From the NCBI GenBank assembly GCA_001797465.1, contig MGPQ01000009.1, positions 65,009 through 129,008 of the forward strand: a stretch of DNA of 64,000 bases, read 5' to 3'. Positions within the stretch are counted from its first letter, which is position 1. Each line of letters opens with the position of its first letter. The notes beneath the pieces were generated by a model. The model did no database searches. It had not been told where the DNA came from and was given only the letters and a program-made list of their open reading frames with translations. The DNA is from Deltaproteobacteria bacterium GWB2_55_19. GTDB taxonomy: Bacteria > Desulfobacterota > GWC2-55-46. This document shows positions 39,272 through 48,891 of this stretch, piece after piece. The position numbers were made by a program, and so were the translations under genes.

Positions 39272-40045
39272 TTAGTGCGTGATCGAGTCCGCTGTTACCT
39301 TCCTGTCGTGCATCGGCTGTATTGGCCTGTTGTTCTTGTGCATTATCTTCTGTATCGCCGCTATCTGCTGTTTCGACATCTGGATAGGGGTCTTAAGGAC
39401 GTTCCAGTTGACGCTCTCGGAGCACGGAGGGGTGGTGAGAGACCCCGAGTACCTGTAAAAAGACTTGGTTACCGGCAGTAACTGTGTTGCGTCGATAGAG
39501 ACCTTCACGTCCTTTTTCTCGTTCGCCTTATTCGGGAGGTTGGACCAGATAGCCTTGAACGCCGGGTTCTCCTTGCCTTCCTCTATGAGGACGCCGACGA
39601 CCGCGAGCTCGCCCTTGTCGTTCTTATGCACGAGGTGGAGCTCGTTGCCGAAGGATTTCCCGTTTATCGTGTGCTCGCTCGGGGTGTGGAAGTGGAACTG
39701 TATGAGGTTGTACTGGACCCCGTTGATTGTGATGGAACTGCCGGAATCGTAGTTTACCTGTATCGTGTGTCCGTTATTGAGGATGTGCAATTCGGAGGCC
39801 TTATACTTGAACTCTATGTCAGCGAGGTCGGCGCTCTCGGCGGCGGTGATGTTTATCGGGGACTGCTGTTTGCCCTCGGAGCATGCCGCGTTCTCCTTCG
39901 ACATCGAACCCCAGTGCTCGGGGCCGCCCTCGCCCTCGTACCCCCAATGGGCGTGTCCGCTCTCTGAGGCGTTGGCGTAAGGGTATGCGCAGAGTCCTAT
40001 ACCGACTGCAAAGACCAGGGTCAAAAACCTCTTTCCTAACTTCAT
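39272..40045 (-). CDS. Alpha-class carbonic anhydrase (exported)
   Basis: Signal peptide; HWGY.G..GPEHW, QSPINI, NNGHT, QFHFHTPSEH, ELHLVH, GSLTTPPCSE. Confidence 0.96.
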   Translation of the reverse strand: MKLGKRFLTLVFAVGIGLCAYPYANASESGHAHWGYEGEGGPEHWGSMSKENAACSEGKQQSPINITAAESADLADIEFKYKASELHILNNGHTIQVNYDSGSSITINGVQYNLIQFHFHTPSEHTINGKSFGNELHLVHKNDKGELAVVGVLIEEGKENPAFKAIWSNLPNKANEKKDVKVSIDATQLLPVTKSFYRYSGSLTTPPCSESVNWNVLKTPIQMSKQQIAAIQKIMHKNNRPIQPMHDRKVTADSITH

Positions 40046-40099
40046 CTTTGATGCTCCTTTCCTCGCCTCAAGGCGGGTTTTTTTATGCGCGGATGCGCT

Positions 40100-40459
40100 C
40101 TACTTCCAGAAGATCATCCTCAAGGATACGATGAGGAGAAATGCGCCAAAGACCTTTTTTAAAACACCCGTCGGAATGACGTTCGCGGTCTTGGCCCCTA
40201 TGAGCCCGCCGATGAAAAAACCGATGCAGAGAAACCCCGCCACTTTCAGGTCGGCGTTGCCCGCCTTATAATATGTCCACGCGGCAAGGAGCCCTATCGG
40301 CGGGACCATCATCGCAAGCGTCGTGCCCTGGGCCTGGTGCTGGCTGAACCCGAAGAGGAAGACGAGCGCCGGGACGACGACAAGGCCCCCGCCTATGCCA
40401 ACAAGACCGCTGACCGCCCCGGCGAGGACGCCCAATACGATAAATGAGATTATATCCAT
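40100..40459 (-). CDS. TauE/SafE (TSUP) family half-size membrane protein
   Basis: SGLVGIGGG.V.VP.L, AQGTTLA. Confidence 0.88.
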   Translation of the reverse strand: MDIISFIVLGVLAGAVSGLVGIGGGLVVVPALVFLFGFSQHQAQGTTLAMMVPPIGLLAAWTYYKAGNADLKVAGFLCIGFFIGGLIGAKTANVIPTGVLKKVFGAFLLIVSLRMIFWK

Positions 40460-40497
40460 AAAATTATCTTTTCAAGTGAAAAAATTTATATCACGGG

Positions 40498-41103
40498 TCA
40501 AATCTTGAAAACAAGCCTGACGAGCGACTGTAATATCAGGAAGCCTATGTCCTTTGCGACCTCCTTTGTCTCAACAGACCCCTCCTCCCTTGCGGCGGAG
40601 AGCTCAAGCTCCTTTAACGTAGCCATCGGGGCGATAGTCGCGGTATCAAGCTCCTTCTGGAGGTTTTTAAGCACATTGAGCTCGCCCTGGGGCCTGGTAG
40701 CGCCAGCGGTCATGCCGAATGAATTCTCCTTGTGGATCGCGTACCTGGTCAGCTCGCCGCGGTTCAGCCAAAGCCCACTGCATTTACCGCACCTCTCTAT
40801 GAGGGCGTCTTTGGGGAGCATCGGGTCCTTGAAGGGTATGAGCGCCTCATTGCACCTGGGGCACCTCTCGGTCCCCTTCCGTAGCGGGTTTCCGGCAAGG
40901 AGGCTCTTTACATCCACCGTGTCGAGTGACTTTAAAGACGCGCCCTTGACAAAGTACAGCTCCCACCTGTCGAACCATACGCCCCCGCACTCGGCGCACT
41001 GGTCGAGCAGTATGACCCTGCCGTAGGTCGCCTCGGCGTAGACTTCATTCAGCGCGCCCCCGCACTCCGGGCACTTGATTGAGTCTTCTTTCGCTTCCGC
41101 CAT
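40498..41103 (-). CDS. Protein with two TFIIB-type zinc ribbons
   Basis: CPEC...CAECGGVWFD..EL and CPRC...CGKCSGLWL..GEL. Confidence 0.8.
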   Translation of the reverse strand: MAEAKEDSIKCPECGGALNEVYAEATYGRVILLDQCAECGGVWFDRWELYFVKGASLKSLDTVDVKSLLAGNPLRKGTERCPRCNEALIPFKDPMLPKDALIERCGKCSGLWLNRGELTRYAIHKENSFGMTAGATRPQGELNVLKNLQKELDTATIAPMATLKELELSAAREEGSVETKEVAKDIGFLILQSLVRLVFKI

Positions 41104-41113
41104 CGGCTATCCT

Positions 41114-42088
41114 TCAGGCCTTCTTCGCGCCGTTCTTCTCAAACTGATAGCCCATTTTTTTAAGCCTCGCGACCCTCTCGTGTATGGGAGGGTGCGTTGA
41201 GAATACGTCGGCTACAAGCCCGGTCTTTTCATCAAGCTGTCTCTTAAGGGGGTCGCTGATAAATAAGTGCGCCGTCCCCCTCCTCGCGCTCCTCAGGGGA
41301 GAGGTCGCGCCGGCGATCTTTTCAAGGGCCCCTGCGAGCGCGAGAGGGTTTCTCGTGAACTCCGCGGAGCTCACATCCGCCTGGTACTCCCTGTTGCGGG
41401 AGACCGCCATGGCTATGATGCGCGAGACGACCGGCGACAAGAGGACGAACATGGCGATGACAAGGAGTGCGATAGGGTGAATGCCTCCCTTATCTCTCAC
41501 TGATCTGCGGGGCCGGACGCCGCCGTAGCGCCATGTGCGGACGGCCCAGTCAGAGAGTATCGAGACCGTGCCGACGAGGACCGTTACTACCGTCATGGTG
41601 AGTATGTCGTTTGACTTTATATGCCCCATCTCGTGGGCGATGACCGCCTGCAATTCTTCCCTGTTCATGGTGTCAATGAGCCCCTGCGTCACGCCTACTA
41701 CGGCGCTCGAAGGTCCCCTGCCCGTCGCAAAGGCGTTCGGGGCCGGGTCGTTTATTATGTAGACCTTGGGCATGGGCAGGCCTGAGGCGAGCGCCATCTC
41801 CGTGACCACATTATACAGCCTCTTGTGCGAGGGGTCTTCAAAGACCGGGGGTTCAGCCCCGAGCGAGCGGAGCACGATGGAAGAGCCGTAGAAGTAGGAG
41901 ATAACGCCGTTGATGGAGGCGAAAGAGGCGGCGAAGACCGTGGCTACTGGTATCCTCGCAAGGCTTATCTCGCCGTAGGTGTATATGTCGACGGATGCTC
42001 CGACGAGGACGACGAAGACGAAAAAACCCAGCATGAGGAGGACGGTTATCCTCTTGTTTCTTACACGCTGGGAAAGGATGTCGGTCAT
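41114..42088 (-). CDS. htpX: HtpX-like M48 zinc metalloprotease
   Basis: PNAFATG, AHEMGH, SRNREYQAD, FSTHPP..ER. Confidence 0.9.
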   Translation of the reverse strand: MTDILSQRVRNKRITVLLMLGFFVFVVLVGASVDIYTYGEISLARIPVATVFAASFASINGVISYFYGSSIVLRSLGAEPPVFEDPSHKRLYNVVTEMALASGLPMPKVYIINDPAPNAFATGRGPSSAVVGVTQGLIDTMNREELQAVIAHEMGHIKSNDILTMTVVTVLVGTVSILSDWAVRTWRYGGVRPRRSVRDKGGIHPIALLVIAMFVLLSPVVSRIIAMAVSRNREYQADVSSAEFTRNPLALAGALEKIAGATSPLRSARRGTAHLFISDPLKRQLDEKTGLVADVFSTHPPIHERVARLKKMGYQFEKNGAKKA

Positions 42089-42115
42089 AAAGGCCTCTCT
42101 AACCTTATCAGGCCT

Positions 42116-42676
42116 TTATTTAAGCGTAAGGTCCACCGTGGGGGCCTCGCGCTCCGCTACCCCGGCCTGGAAGTACTCGGCCTTCTTGAAGGCGAAGGTA
42201 GAGGCGATTATCATCGTGGGGAAGACGGACTGTTTCGTGTTGAACTGGGCGACGATGTCGTTATAGAACTGGCGCGCAAAGCCTATGCGGTTCTCGGTGG
42301 ATGTGATCTCTTCCTGCAGTTGAAGCACGTTCTTGTTGGATTTGAGGTCCGGGTAGTTCTCGACGAGCATGAAGAGCCTGCCGAGCGCCTCTGTGAGCAT
42401 GTTCTCCGCCACGCCCTTGTCCGCGATAGACCCGGCGCCCATCGCCTTGGCGCGGGCCTCTATGACCTTGCTCAAGGTGTCGCGCTCGAACGCCATCGCG
42501 CCCTTGACCGTGTTGACGAGATTCGGGATGAGGTCGTAGCGCCTCTTTAACTGGACGTCAATCTGCTTCCAGGCGTTCTCGACCTGGTTTTTCAGCGTCA
42601 CCAGGCCGTTGTAGGCGAGTATTACCCAGAGGATAATGAGCCCTATTATGCCGAGGACTATAATTATACCGTACAA
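42116..42676 (-). CDS. lemA: LemA family protein
   Basis: YN.LV...N....AW..IDVQLKRR.DLIPNLV, ENYPDLK, TENRI..ARQFYN. Confidence 0.95.
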   Translation of the reverse strand: MYGIIIVLGIIGLIILWVILAYNGLVTLKNQVENAWKQIDVQLKRRYDLIPNLVNTVKGAMAFERDTLSKVIEARAKAMGAGSIADKGVAENMLTEALGRLFMLVENYPDLKSNKNVLQLQEEITSTENRIGFARQFYNDIVAQFNTKQSVFPTMIIASTFAFKKAEYFQAGVAEREAPTVDLTLK

Positions 42677-42772
42677 TCCGCCCTCCTTGCGCTTTAAGGA
42701 TTAATGGCCGTGGTTATAATACACAACACGGCCCAGTCGCAGTACATCTGTCTTGTGCGCCGCCTCCGGCCT

Positions 42773-43267
42773 TTACTTATCAGGCCTCCTGAAGAATAAG
42801 TCGTGGAGCGTGTATATCTCGTTTACCGCATACTCCTTATTCCCGGAGGGGAGCTCTATCTTCACCTCGTCGCCGACGGCCTTATTGAGGAGCGCCCTGC
42901 CGATCGGCGAACTGACGGATATCTTACCGTTCCTGGGGTCGACCTCCTCGGGGGTAACGAGCTCGAAAACGACCTCCTCGCCGGTGCCCTGGTCCTCGAG
43001 ATGGATCCGGGAGCCGAAGCCGACGGCGTCCCTGGGGATATTCTCTAACTTCAGCGAGGAAAGGGTGTTTATGCGGGTCGTCAGGTGAGCGCACCGCGCC
43101 TGGAGGAACGACTGCCTGTGTTTTGCCGCCTCGTACTCGGCGTTCTCCCGCAGGTCTCCGTGGGCCGCGGCCTTTTGCAGCTCCTTGGGCACATCGACCC
43201 TCAGTTCCCTTTCGACCTTCTGGAGCTCGTCCTTGAGCTGTTTTATTATAGGAAGCTCGAGTATCAT
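42773..43267 (-). CDS. greA: Transcription elongation factor GreA-family
   Basis: HGDLRENAEYEAAK, ISVSSPIGRALL; start after AAGGAG is approximate. Confidence 0.9.
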   Translation of the reverse strand: MILELPIIKQLKDELQKVERELRVDVPKELQKAAAHGDLRENAEYEAAKHRQSFLQARCAHLTTRINTLSSLKLENIPRDAVGFGSRIHLEDQGTGEEVVFELVTPEEVDPRNGKISVSSPIGRALLNKAVGDEVKIELPSGNKEYAVNEIYTLHDLFFRRPDK

Positions 43268-43299
43268 CAATCTCCTTGGATACGGCAAAAGCCGGAAAA

Positions 43300-44580
43300 T
43301 TAAATCAGTTCAAGACAGGCGACGCACTCTATGTGGTATGTCTGGGGGAACATGTCGACAAAGGAAGCCCTCTTGACCCTGTATCCGCATGCGTTCAGCG
43401 TGGATAAGTCCCGCGCGAGAGTAGGGGGACTGCAGGACACATATACGACCCTCTCAGGCCTCGCGTCCGAGATCATCCTTACGACGTCGGGCCCTCCGCC
43501 CCTCGGCGGGTCTAATACTAACACACAAGGTCTTGTCTTTTCAAGGTTTTTAATCTCCTGTTTAAGCCAGGCAACTGCCTCCGCGGCATGGAAAGACGCG
43601 GACTTTGTCCCGTTTATCCTCGCGTTTTCCTCGGCGAATTCCACCGCCTCAACGCTCGACTCCACCCCGATAGCCGCCCTTGCGCCCCTGGATAACGGCA
43701 GTGTGAAGTTGCCGACGCCTGAAAAGAGGTCTACCACCGTCTCTGTGCCTGAAAGTCCGGCGTACTCGATCACCTTCTGGACAAGCTGTTCGTTTTGAGT
43801 CAGGTTCACCTGCGAAAAAAGGCCGATGCCCGCTTTAAGCGTGAAACCCTGGACGGCGTACGAGAGGACGGTGTCGCCCTCGGCGCATATCCTCTCGCCC
43901 CTCCCCTTTCTTTCGGTGGAGAGCCGGACTTCGAAGCCCTTGAGCCCCTCCACGCCTGAGAGGCATCCATGCCAATCGACCTTCTTTTCCTCATACACAT
44001 AGAAAGAGGCGACAGCCCTATTGTCTATCGGGCTTCCGACGACCTCGACGGCATATATCCCGTGTTTTTTTCCTGAGAGCGCGCCTTTTATCCCCTTAAA
44101 GGCCCTGTTGACTACGGGGTCGACTATGGGGCATTCGTCTATGTCGATGACGCTGTGGCTCTTCCCGCCGAAGAAGCCCCAGGCGCCCTTGTCTACATGA
44201 AAGGCCGCCCTCCCGCGGTAGTTCCAGGGGTTTGCGGCCTTAATCGGCTCCCCGAACTCTACCCCCTCGACCTTCCCTATCCTTTTAAGGGTTTCCTCGA
44301 ATATACGCTCCTTCCACTCGGCCTGCCCCTCGTAGGAGATGTGCTGGAGCGCGCACCCTCCGCACGCGCCGAATACCGGGCAGGAAGGCGAAACCCTCTG
44401 GGGAGAGGGCGAGACGACCTCGACGAGCGCCCCCTCAGAGAACCCCTTCTTCTCAGTTACGACCTCTACGCGCGCCTTGTCTCCAGGCGCGGTAAACGGG
44501 ACAAAGACGACCTTGCCGTCAATCCTGCCGATGCCCCTGCCGCCGAAGGCGAGGGATGTTATGTCAACGATGTGTTCCAT
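43300..44580 (-). CDS. rlmD: 23S rRNA m5U methyltransferase, TRAM domain (RlmD/TrmA family)
   Basis: TRAM domain, C..FG.CGGC, F.QVN, LDPPR, YVSC.P.TLARD, DMFPQT.HIE. Confidence 0.9.
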   Translation of the reverse strand: MEHIVDITSLAFGGRGIGRIDGKVVFVPFTAPGDKARVEVVTEKKGFSEGALVEVVSPSPQRVSPSCPVFGACGGCALQHISYEGQAEWKERIFEETLKRIGKVEGVEFGEPIKAANPWNYRGRAAFHVDKGAWGFFGGKSHSVIDIDECPIVDPVVNRAFKGIKGALSGKKHGIYAVEVVGSPIDNRAVASFYVYEEKKVDWHGCLSGVEGLKGFEVRLSTERKGRGERICAEGDTVLSYAVQGFTLKAGIGLFSQVNLTQNEQLVQKVIEYAGLSGTETVVDLFSGVGNFTLPLSRGARAAIGVESSVEAVEFAEENARINGTKSASFHAAEAVAWLKQEIKNLEKTRPCVLVLDPPRGGGPDVVRMISDARPERVVYVSCSPPTLARDLSTLNACGYRVKRASFVDMFPQTYHIECVACLELI

Positions 44581-44658
44581 GATACTCCATAGAGGGACAA
44601 TAAGAAAACCCTCTGTCTTGCTACGGGAATTTTTCTGACTGATAAGCGAATAACTTCC

Positions 44659-47085
44659 TTACCGCTTCATCATCATCTTCTTCATCTTATCGACGGCGGA
44701 AAGCGCGTCCCCTCCGTACTCGTCGGCCTTGACCTTGTCCGAGAACTCCTTTGTGACGACCGCGCCGCCGACGATGGTCATGACCTTTACGCCCTTGTCT
44801 TTAAGCTCCTTTATGACCTTGTCCATCTCCATGACCGTCGTCGTCATGAGCGCGGAGAGGCCGACGATATCGGCCTTGTGTCTGACCGCCTCCTCGACTA
44901 TCCGCGCGGAAGAGACGTTCTTGCCGAGATCTATGACCTCGAACCCGTGGTTCTCAAGGAGGGTCGCGAGGATGTTCTTGCCGATGTCGTGTATGTCGCC
45001 CTCGACGGTCGCGAGCACCACTTTGCCGAGCGACGGGCCGCTCTTGCCCTTGAGCTCTTTTTTGAGCCTCGCGAAGGCCTTCTTCATGGTATCCGCCGAG
45101 AGCATCACCTGCGGGAGATAATACTTGTTGCAGCCAAAGAGCCTCCCGACCTCTTCGAGGCCGGGGACGAGCCCCTCTCCGCTTATCTTTATCGGGTCCC
45201 AGCCCTCTTTCAGCGCCTCTTCGACGATCGCGACGATATTCTCCTCATCGCCTTCGATAACCGCCTTTTTAAGCCTCGCCTCCAGCCCTTGCGGATTGGT
45301 TGCTACGGAATCATGCCCCGTTGCCGCGTCTGGTACGGTTACATGCCTGAACATCTCCTGGTGCCTCTTAATGTACCTCTCGGCGCGGACGTCCTGATTG
45401 AGCAACACGAGGGACGAGTGGTACGCGTCCATCATCGCCTTGTTGTTCGGGTTGATGATGGCGGAGTCCAGACCCGCGGCTATGGCCATCGTAAGGAACG
45501 ACGCGTTTATCACCTCGCGGGCAGGCAGGCCAAACGATATGTTCGATACCCCCAAGACAGTCGTCAGCCCGAGCCTGTCCTTTAAAAGCCTTATGGCCTT
45601 GAGCGTCTCTATCGCGCTCAACGGCGCGGCGGAAACCGTCATGGCGAGGCAGTCGACGATCAGGTCTTCCTTCCTCATCCCGGCCTCCAGCACCTTATTC
45701 AAGATGCGCTCCGCGATGGCTACCCTCCCCTCGGCGGTGTCCGGTATGCCGGAATCATCGAGCGTGAGCGCCAGAACGGCCGCCCCGTACTTTTTGGCGA
45801 GAGGGAGGATGGTCGAGAGCTTTTTCTCCTCCCCGCTTATCGAATTCACAAGCGGCCTGCCGTCCGCGGCCTTTAGCCCCGCCTCGATTGCCTCGGGGCT
45901 TGACGAATCTATGGCTATCGGGAGCGTCGAATTCTCATTCACCGCGAATACGGCCCTCGACATCGACTCTATCTCGTCTATGCCGGGGACGCCGACGTTG
46001 ACGTCGAGGGCGTGCGCGCCGCTTACCGCCTGCGCGCGCGCCTCGTTCCTGATGCCTGCGGTCTTCCCCTCTTTTATCTCCTGCGCGAGCGCCTTCCTGC
46101 CTGTCGGGTTTATCCTCTCGCCTATGACTATCGCAGGGAGCCCTCCGCCGAATAGCGTAAAGGACGTCCTGCTGGCGAGCGCGGTGAAGTTTTTCCTCTC
46201 CCGCCGGACCGGCTGAAGCGACTTGAAAATCGTCCCCATCTTCCTTATGTGCTCCGACGTCGTCCCGCAACACCCGCCGAGCACGCGCACGCCGGAGTCC
46301 ACGAGCTTCGGCACGAACGACGCCATCTCCTCAGGGGAGGCCGGGAATACCGTCTCGGTGCCACGGAGCATGGGCAGACCCGCGTTCGGTTGTGCGATCA
46401 GCGGGATATCCACCACCTTCGACATCGCGCTTACGGCCTGGTATATGCCTTCTATCCCCAATGAGCAGTTCGCGCCTATGCAGTCGGCGCCCAAGGCCGC
46501 GGCCATTATCGCGAAAGATTCCGGCGGCGTGCCGAGGACCGTCCTCATCGTCTGGTCGAAGGTCATGGTGGCGACTACCGGGAGGCCTACGGACTTTGCG
46601 GCCATTATCGCGGCCTTCATCTCTTTTATGTCCATCATCGTCTCGATGATGGCGAGGTCGGCCCCGCCGAGTTTCAACGCCTCGGCCTGCTCAATGAATA
46701 TGGAGAGCGTCTCGTCGAAGGACATGTCGCCGACCGGCTCAACGAACCTCCCTGTGGGGCCGAAGCCGCCTGCGACGAACCGGTCCCTTCCCGCCTCCTC
46801 GCGCGCGCATTGCGCCGCCGCGACGTTTATCTCCTTCAACTTCCCTTCGAGGCCGTACTCGGCGAGCTTGGCCCTGTTCGCGCCGAAGGTGTTGGTCGTA
46901 ACGATGTCCGAGCCCGCCTCTATGTAGGCGGCGTGGACCTTCCTTACCATCGCCGGGTCTTTGAGGGAGAGCTCGTCAGGGCACCCGCCGGGCTTCAGGC
47001 CCAGCCTCTGGAGCATGGTGCCGGTCGCCCCGTCAAAGAGCAGAGGGCGCGCGTTCAAGGCTTCAAGGAATCTGTTTTTCATCAA
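44659..47085 (-). CDS. metH: Cobalamin-dependent methionine synthase lacking the C-terminal reactivation domain
   Basis: DGATGT, NTFGAN, GGCCGT (homocysteine domain); IGERINPTG (pterin domain); GDIHDIGKN, GLSALMTTT (B12 domain); ends after the B12 domain. Confidence 0.9.
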   Translation of the reverse strand: MMKNRFLEALNARPLLFDGATGTMLQRLGLKPGGCPDELSLKDPAMVRKVHAAYIEAGSDIVTTNTFGANRAKLAEYGLEGKLKEINVAAAQCAREEAGRDRFVAGGFGPTGRFVEPVGDMSFDETLSIFIEQAEALKLGGADLAIIETMMDIKEMKAAIMAAKSVGLPVVATMTFDQTMRTVLGTPPESFAIMAAALGADCIGANCSLGIEGIYQAVSAMSKVVDIPLIAQPNAGLPMLRGTETVFPASPEEMASFVPKLVDSGVRVLGGCCGTTSEHIRKMGTIFKSLQPVRRERKNFTALASRTSFTLFGGGLPAIVIGERINPTGRKALAQEIKEGKTAGIRNEARAQAVSGAHALDVNVGVPGIDEIESMSRAVFAVNENSTLPIAIDSSSPEAIEAGLKAADGRPLVNSISGEEKKLSTILPLAKKYGAAVLALTLDDSGIPDTAEGRVAIAERILNKVLEAGMRKEDLIVDCLAMTVSAAPLSAIETLKAIRLLKDRLGLTTVLGVSNISFGLPAREVINASFLTMAIAAGLDSAIINPNNKAMMDAYHSSLVLLNQDVRAERYIKRHQEMFRHVTVPDAATGHDSVATNPQGLEARLKKAVIEGDEENIVAIVEEALKEGWDPIKISGEGLVPGLEEVGRLFGCNKYYLPQVMLSADTMKKAFARLKKELKGKSGPSLGKVVLATVEGDIHDIGKNILATLLENHGFEVIDLGKNVSSARIVEEAVRHKADIVGLSALMTTTVMEMDKVIKELKDKGVKVMTIVGGAVVTKEFSDKVKADEYGGDALSAVDKMKKMMMKR

Positions 47086-47234
47086 GTTCAGGTCTCCAAA
47101 AGGGGTTAAATCGGATATTTTATACTTTTACGCGCCCGCAGGCAAGAAAGAGTTTTGGCGCGTTACACCGGCTATTGAAATTATCTTTTTTTGCCGATAT
47201 AGTACCTTGAATTGCAAAAGCACGGGGGCTGTCT

Positions 47235-47570
47235 ATGAAACACCTGTCCGTAATACTCCTGCTCATGCTTACGGCCTGCGCCGCACAGAAGGCGGTTGAG
47301 GAGAAAGAGGTGAAAAAAGAGCTCTCCTTCCCTCAGGTCCTGACGTACAAGGCCCCTGGAGAGACGCTCCTCACGCACGAGGACAAGTGGTACGTCTACG
47401 ACGCGAAGTTCGACTATGTCGTAAAGGGCGAGTTCGACAACACGAACCGGATGTACGGCTCGTGCCCCATAGCAAAGGCCGACTACAAGGTGACGGACAA
47501 GGAGACAAAGCTCGTCGTCAGGGAGGCTACCTACACCCAGTGGCCGTGCGACCCGTGCCACAGCAGATAA
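47235..47570 (+). CDS. Uncharacterised lipoprotein with C-terminal CxxCH
   Basis: Lipobox LTAC; GGGGG SD; ends WPCDPCHSR; host-like codon usage. Confidence 0.8.
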   Translation: MKHLSVILLLMLTACAAQKAVEEKEVKKELSFPQVLTYKAPGETLLTHEDKWYVYDAKFDYVVKGEFDNTNRMYGSCPIAKADYKVTDKETKLVVREATYTQWPCDPCHSR

Positions 47571-47580
47571 GGAGAAGCGT

Positions 47581-48261
47581 ATGGACCATCAGGCGCGCAC
47601 CATCTCCCCACACCCCGACATACCCATCACCGTAGGGACCGAGCTCCTCCTTGAGCTCGTCGACCTCAAACTCAAGATGCGCGGCGAGCTCGCCGGAGGC
47701 GAGCACCGCAGGTACCTCATAGTAAAACTCCCGGACGAGGACCTCGGCTTCAGCGTCGATTCCCTCAAGGGCTCCAAGATGATCCTCCGCTACCTCTTCA
47801 AGGGCTCGATATACGGGTTCAAGTCGGAGGTGGTGACCACCCTCGCATCCCCCTCGAAGCTCGCCTTTGTCGCTTACCCGGAGAAGGTCGAGGAATTCAA
47901 GGTGAGGAACACCCCGAGGTACGAGTGCATCCTGCCGGGGTCAGTTGAGCTCGGGGATGAGACCGTCGAGATAGTCGTCATCGACATAAGCACAAAGGGG
48001 TGCAGGGCGATCATAAACACCGGAGAGCTCCGGGACAGGGACAAGTCGCTCGGCGCGCTCGACATCGGGAAAGGGCTCGTTGTCACGGTCCAGCTCCCCG
48101 GCGCCGAAGAGAAACTCCGCTTCCAGGGCGAGGTGAAAAACCTGTCGAGGGACAGCGAGCGCGCCGTTGTCGGGCTCCTCTTCAAGGAGGCCGATAATAA
48201 GTCTGAAGGCAAGCTTTCCTCTTTTCTCACCCTTATTTCAGCGGTAAAGCCGAGGGAGTGA
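47581..48261 (+). CDS. YcgR-like flagellar brake / PilZ-domain c-di-GMP effector
   Basis: N-terminal beta domain (RYLFKGSIYGF.SEV..AYP), RxxxR (RNTPR), DxSxxG (DISTKG). Confidence 0.85.
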   Translation: MDHQARTISPHPDIPITVGTELLLELVDLKLKMRGELAGGEHRRYLIVKLPDEDLGFSVDSLKGSKMILRYLFKGSIYGFKSEVVTTLASPSKLAFVAYPEKVEEFKVRNTPRYECILPGSVELGDETVEIVVIDISTKGCRAIINTGELRDRDKSLGALDIGKGLVVTVQLPGAEEKLRFQGEVKNLSRDSERAVVGLLFKEADNKSEGKLSSFLTLISAVKPRE

Positions 48262-48294
48262 AAAGGGCCTTCCCCCTCCCGGTCAACTCATCAT

Positions 48295-48327
48295 AAAAAA
48301 GGGCGGGGCTCAAGCCCAGCCCTTTTT
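48295..48327 (+). terminator. Intrinsic terminator
   Basis: A6-GGGC.GGGCT..AGCCC.GCCC-T5. Confidence 0.75.
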
Positions 48328-48465
48328 GTATTCACCCTCCCCGTGTTCAACCCCTGGACTATGCGGACTCCCGCCAAAGGTACTACCCGACAAGATAAAG
48401 GTATGATAAACCGGCCATTTTTATTAAAACACCATTAAAAAAGACCCCTTTCCCCTGATTAGCGT

Positions 48466-48492
48466 TAAGCCAGTTTTTCACCTTGCCGATAT
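48466..48492 (+). promoter_or_regulatory. Sigma28 (FliA)-type promoter
   Basis: TAAG-N15-GCCGATAT versus consensus TAAA-N15-GCCGATAA. Confidence 0.65.
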
Positions 48493-48505
48493 ATAAACTA
48501 AGTAC

Positions 48506-48648
48506 AGGCTACATCTAAAAATTAGGAATTTTTTCTAAGGTCAAGGAAGGGCGGAAATAAAAAGCGCAGCATATATGGGAATATGTGAGCATTTTTATTT
48601 CCGCTCTGACGCAGAGATTAGGAAAAATAACAATTTTTAGAGTAGCCT
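48506..48648 (+). repeat. ~140-bp MITE-like element, copy 3 of 3 (best-preserved ends)
   Basis: Terminal repeats AGGCTAC.TCTAAAAATT / AATTTTTAGAGTAGCCT; inner perfect 13-bp repeat GCGGAAATAAAAA/TTTTTATTTCCGC. Confidence 0.9.
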
Positions 48649-48686
48649 ACAGGGAAGTAGCGGCAAATCACAGGGAGGTGACGCGT

Positions 48687-48872
48687 ATGCCGTACTTACA
48701 GCACCATCTGAACAGCCTGCACATATTCTGCAGGCTCCGCGCACTGGGTCTCAGCAAGGCGACGGCGATAAGGCTCTCGATGCTCTGGGAGTTCCTCATC
48801 CACCCGTTCGTCTATCTCTGGGTCCAGGATGTCCCGGCAAAGGCGGTCGTTAAACGGAGGCTCTGGAAATGA
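48687..48872 (+). CDS. Small hypothetical protein (61 aa)
   Basis: Strong SD GGGAGGTGA before ATG 48687; MPYLQHHLNSLHIFCRLRALGLSK... Confidence 0.7.
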   Translation: MPYLQHHLNSLHIFCRLRALGLSKATAIRLSMLWEFLIHPFVYLWVQDVPAKAVVKRRLWK

Positions 48873-48891
48873 TATGCGGAGAAGGGGAGGT

